A stretch of DNA of 64,000 nt from Euglena gracilis (Eukaryota). The notes under the pieces were generated by a model, which ran no database searches, was not told where the DNA came from, and worked only from the letters and a program-made list of their open reading frames with translations. This document shows positions 62,534-64,000 of the stretch, one piece after another. The first letter of the stretch is position 1, and each line of letters opens with the position of its first letter. The position numbers and the translations under genes are program-made. Location: contig CP154954.1 of NCBI GenBank assembly GCA_039621445.1, positions 11,526,716-11,590,715 on the forward strand, in the 5' to 3' direction.

Positions 62534-63758
62534 CCCTTGGGTGGCTGAAAGGGGACCGTTTCTGGGTGCATTTAACCTCGACTTCTGAAAGCCTCACTCA
62601 GTTTGGCAACCACCAAGCCGGATCCTATCACCCTCGAAGGAAAATAAATGGAGAGGTTCATGCATATTCACAGTCGTTGAATTTTTCGTGCAAGGTGCCA
62701 TTTTGGATGGATTTTTTGAAGCCATGCGAAAAAATGATTTCCAGCTTTGAAGACCTGAGCGAGGCAGTTCACTGCCATTGTTTTTCTTCCGACCCAATTT
62801 TCATTTCGATCCTTTTTTGCACGTTCAAATCCAAAAAATAATAATACCATGTTGCAGGACGTTACCCAATTGGAAATTTTTCGCCTCATAATCAAAAATT
62901 TGTGTAGCAACTTTATTCCTGGGCTTTTCTGCATTTTAGTTCCTTATTTTCTTGATTACTTAATTCTTTATTTATTTTCATGACTACAGGTTGGGCACAG
63001 TTCTGAGGGGTCTAGGGTTCAACTGTAGCTTTTGTTTTGTAGTGCCGGCAACCCGATCTAAATCACAACATCCGGAAATGTCCAGCAGTCGTCCAGCGGC
63101 AAAAAAAAATAAATAAATTGTCGATGACCATCGACATTTTTCATTTTTTCCGTCGATGACAGGGGCAGGCCATACCATTGCTTTCAGACATCTGGGGAGG
63201 GCGTACAAAAAAAAACCAGTCAGTAACGTTTGAATCAGTCAAGCACTTCCTCGTGAGATCTATCAATCAGGTCACTCTGGACTAAATGGTCCAAAATCAA
63301 GGGGTTGGAGCCGGTTGTACGCTTTTGGAGGTTTCTGGCCACCCACAACACCGGGCCATTTTGACCCCCCCCCTGTGGAGGTTCAGCTCAGATAGAACAA
63401 ACAGACTGCTTTCAAAAAGTGACTGCATTTCCTTTGAAAATGGAAATTGACACCCTCCCTCCTCAATGGTATATTCCTGCAACAGGGGTGTTGTTAGGAC
63501 ATTTATCCCTCAGCTTTTTCCGTCTGCCCAAACCATTGCCTACTGTTTGTCTGACGGCACGGCAAATTTAGGGCTCCAGACCCCTCAAAATCAATTCTTG
63601 TGACCATTTTTTGAAAAATTTTGGTCCGGGGGGGGGGGGGGGTTGGAGACCCAATCCAGCCACTTCAAAAAAACAACAGTCATTCATGCCCCCACGCCCC
63701 CGGGACGAGTCGGACACATACTGGGCATAACCATGCATGGGGCTGGGAGGGAGTTGAT

Positions 63759-64000
63759 CAGGCTTCTTTTTAAGACCCCCGGGGGGGGGAGGGGGGGTCC
63801 CCCCCCCACCCACCCAGGGTGGCGCTGGACCCCCCCGGGGGGGGGGGGGGGGGGGGGGTCCGGGGACCCCCCCAAAATCGGGCCCGTTAAAGGCAATTTT
63901 CAAAAATTTTCGGCGCTTCGCGCCGAAAAGGTATACCCAGCGCCTCCGGCGCGGGAACCCCCCCCCCGGGGGGGGGTCCGGCCCGGACCCACCCCCCCAC
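63759..64000. mobile_element. CAGGCTTCTTTTTAAG-family MITE truncated by the window end
   Basis: Left TIR plus a G/C-run interior like the other MITEs. Confidence 0.6.

Overview
Eukaryotic nuclear DNA that is intron-rich and full of microsatellites and MITEs. It is very probably a euglenid (Euglena-like), because GT-AG introns are mixed with non-conventional stem-loop introns (R-n-n-CAG...CTG-n5). Four multi-exon genes were assembled by hand, all on the minus strand and head-to-tail: an SRSF11/SREK1-like RRM+RS splicing factor (55602-60659, 5' end incomplete), a divergent calmodulin-like EF-hand protein (50214-53978), a long coiled-coil protein (24184-~49366) and a dual-specificity phosphatase (10770-21624). 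A fifth gene may lie below 10 kb. The main finding is five TIR elements (CAG...CTG or CAT...ATG ends) with 8-bp target-site duplications (three perfect) sitting inside coding exons. Removing each element plus 3 nt and 5 nt of flank, which equals one TSD copy, restores the reading frame exactly. That is the same geometry as euglenid non-conventional introns, and four older introns with decayed TSDs show the same register. The window therefore looks like an age series of hAT-like MITEs becoming non-conventional introns (introners). It also holds a 7-bp-TSD TIR family, four-level nested MITEs, a ~163-bp satellite with phased A-tracts and a perfect 39-bp tandem array. All gene models and family assignments come from manual translation and recalled motifs; no database search or RNA evidence was available.
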